Shown here piece after piece: positions 62,639 through 64,000 of a stretch of DNA of 64,000 nucleotides. The stretch lies in assembly GCA_965226375.1 (NCBI GenBank), contig CBDDCX010000007.1, positions 544,001 through 608,000 of the forward strand, read 5' to 3'. The DNA comes from Longimicrobiales bacterium (GTDB lineage: Bacteria; Gemmatimonadota; Gemmatimonadetes; Longimicrobiales; Gaopeijiaceae). Position 1 is the first letter of the stretch; each line of letters begins with the position of its first letter. The notes under the pieces were generated by a model. It searched no databases, was not told where the DNA came from, and saw nothing but the letters and a program-made list of their open reading frames with translations. The translations under genes were made by a program, and so were the position numbers.

Positions 62639-64000
62639 TGAGACACGGAGCACGCAAAGAATTAGAGTAGGGCGAAGGCAGAGAAAACGAACATGTTGGG
62701 ACTGCGAGAGAGAATGGCAGAGAATGGTAGTGCCCCTGGAACCGGGGAGGCCAAGCGAAGCGCGGCAGCTCCTGCGGACCCGGAGGTAGTAGATAGGCCG
62801 CTACGGCGGCGGTTCAGTCCGTCGTACAAGCTGCGGATCGTCGAAGAAGCGGACCGGTGCACCGAGCCCGGCGAGGTGGGTCAAGTCCTGCGGCGAGAGG
62901 GCCTGTACTCGTCGCACCTGACGACGTGGCGCAAGGCGGCGCATAGCGGGTCGCTGAAGGCCCTGTCGAAGAAACGCGGCCGCAAGCCGGAGCGAAATCC
63001 GCTGGATGAGAAGGTACGCAAGCTGGAGCGGCGAAACGCACGGCTCGGGAATGAGCTCAGGAAGGCACACCTGATCATCGACGTGCAGGGAAAAGTTGCG
63101 GGGCTGCTGGGGATAAGCCTCGACGACGGGACAAACTCTTGAAGGCGGCCGATGAGCTGGCTAAGCACGTCGGTGTAAAACCGGCGTGCGCGGCCCTCGA
63201 GGTCTCCCGATCGACGTTGTACCGTCGTCGAGGCCCATCAACCGGGCAACAGCAGCCCCGCCCGACGCCCGCCCGGGCATTGAGCGAGACGGAACGAGGC
63301 GAGGTCTTCGACACGCTGTGTTCGGAGCGGTTCGTGGACCGCTCACCCGCCGAGGTGGTGGCCACGCTGCTCGACGAAGAGGTCTACCTGTGCAGCGAAC
63401 GCACGATGTATCGTGTTCTGGCCTCCGAGGTGCCGGTTCAGGAACGCCGGGCGCAGCGCACCCATCCCGAGTACAAGAAGCCCGAGTTGATGGCCACGGC
63501 GCCGAACCAGGTGTGGTCCTGGGATATCACGCGGCTGCTCGGGCCGAAGAAGTGGAGCTATTACTACCTCTACGTCATCATGGACATCTACAGCCGCTAC
63601 GTCGTGGGCTGGATGGTGGCGGACCGGGAGAACTCGGCCCTGGCCGGCCGGTTGATCCAGCAGAGCTGCCTGAAGCATGGCGTCCAGCCCCGGGTCCTGA
63701 CCCTGCACTCGGATCGGGGAGCTCCAATGACGAGCCAATGCACCGCTCAACTTCTCGCTGACCTCGGCGTGACCCGCTCGTTGAGCCGGCCTCAGGTGTC
63801 GGATGACAACCCGTTTTCCGAGGCTCAGTTCAAAACCTTGAAGTACCATCCCTCGTTTCCCGGACGGTTCGGGGATCAGGGCCAAGCCAAGACGTTCTGT
63901 CGATCGTTCTTCCGCTGGTACAATGCCGAGCACCGCCATGGCGGCATCTCGATGCTAACCCCCGAGCAGGTCCACTTCGGGAACGCCGATCAGGTCATTG
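62639..64000 (+). mobile_element. Different IS3-family element, runs off window: orfA 62693-63142, orfB from ~63139
   Basis: orfA RRRFSPSYKLRIVEEAD...LRREGLYSSHL; orfB PNQVWSWDIT, LHSDRG, DNPFSEAQFKTLKY; left end uncertain. Confidence 0.88.

Overview
GC-rich (roughly 65% by eye) bacterial window, most likely Gemmatimonadota (inferred from gene repertoire, e.g. Ser/Thr kinase-PD40 fusion, M14 peptidase, standalone FlgD/T9SS-like domain protein). A mostly intact core (recO-selB, EIIA, dusB, ssrA; then lspA, glnA, mscS, CNNM, histidine kinase, addB-addA, peptidases, mlaEFD, Omp85-family protein, BNR-TlpA-DSD1-hldE-ridA, selC) is interrupted by two decaying accessory regions, each starting just after an integration-hotspot RNA gene. 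The first (about 6.4-19.2 kb, after tmRNA) has a tmRNA-linked palindromic element, a broken nucleotidyltransferase pair, IS1595, and a DUF1800-DUF1501 operon hit by both IS3 and IS256. The second (50.9-64 kb, after tRNA-Sec) has an integrase stub, truncated IS1595, kinase pseudogenes, an APC-EIIA-TrkA-C transporter between 50-bp direct repeats, a broken NACHT NTPase, a second apparently identical IS3, a tRNA-Ser-like att scar, a sulfatase fragment and a third IS3. No CRISPR array was seen. I found no unambiguous complete new system. The best leads are the tmRNA-anchored element, the doubly frameshifted yet apparently mobile IS3, the repeat-bounded transporter cassette, the NACHT gene and the palindromic repeat array shared by two convergent stop codons. 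Some indels and homopolymers may be sequencing errors. All family assignments come from motif recognition, not database searches.
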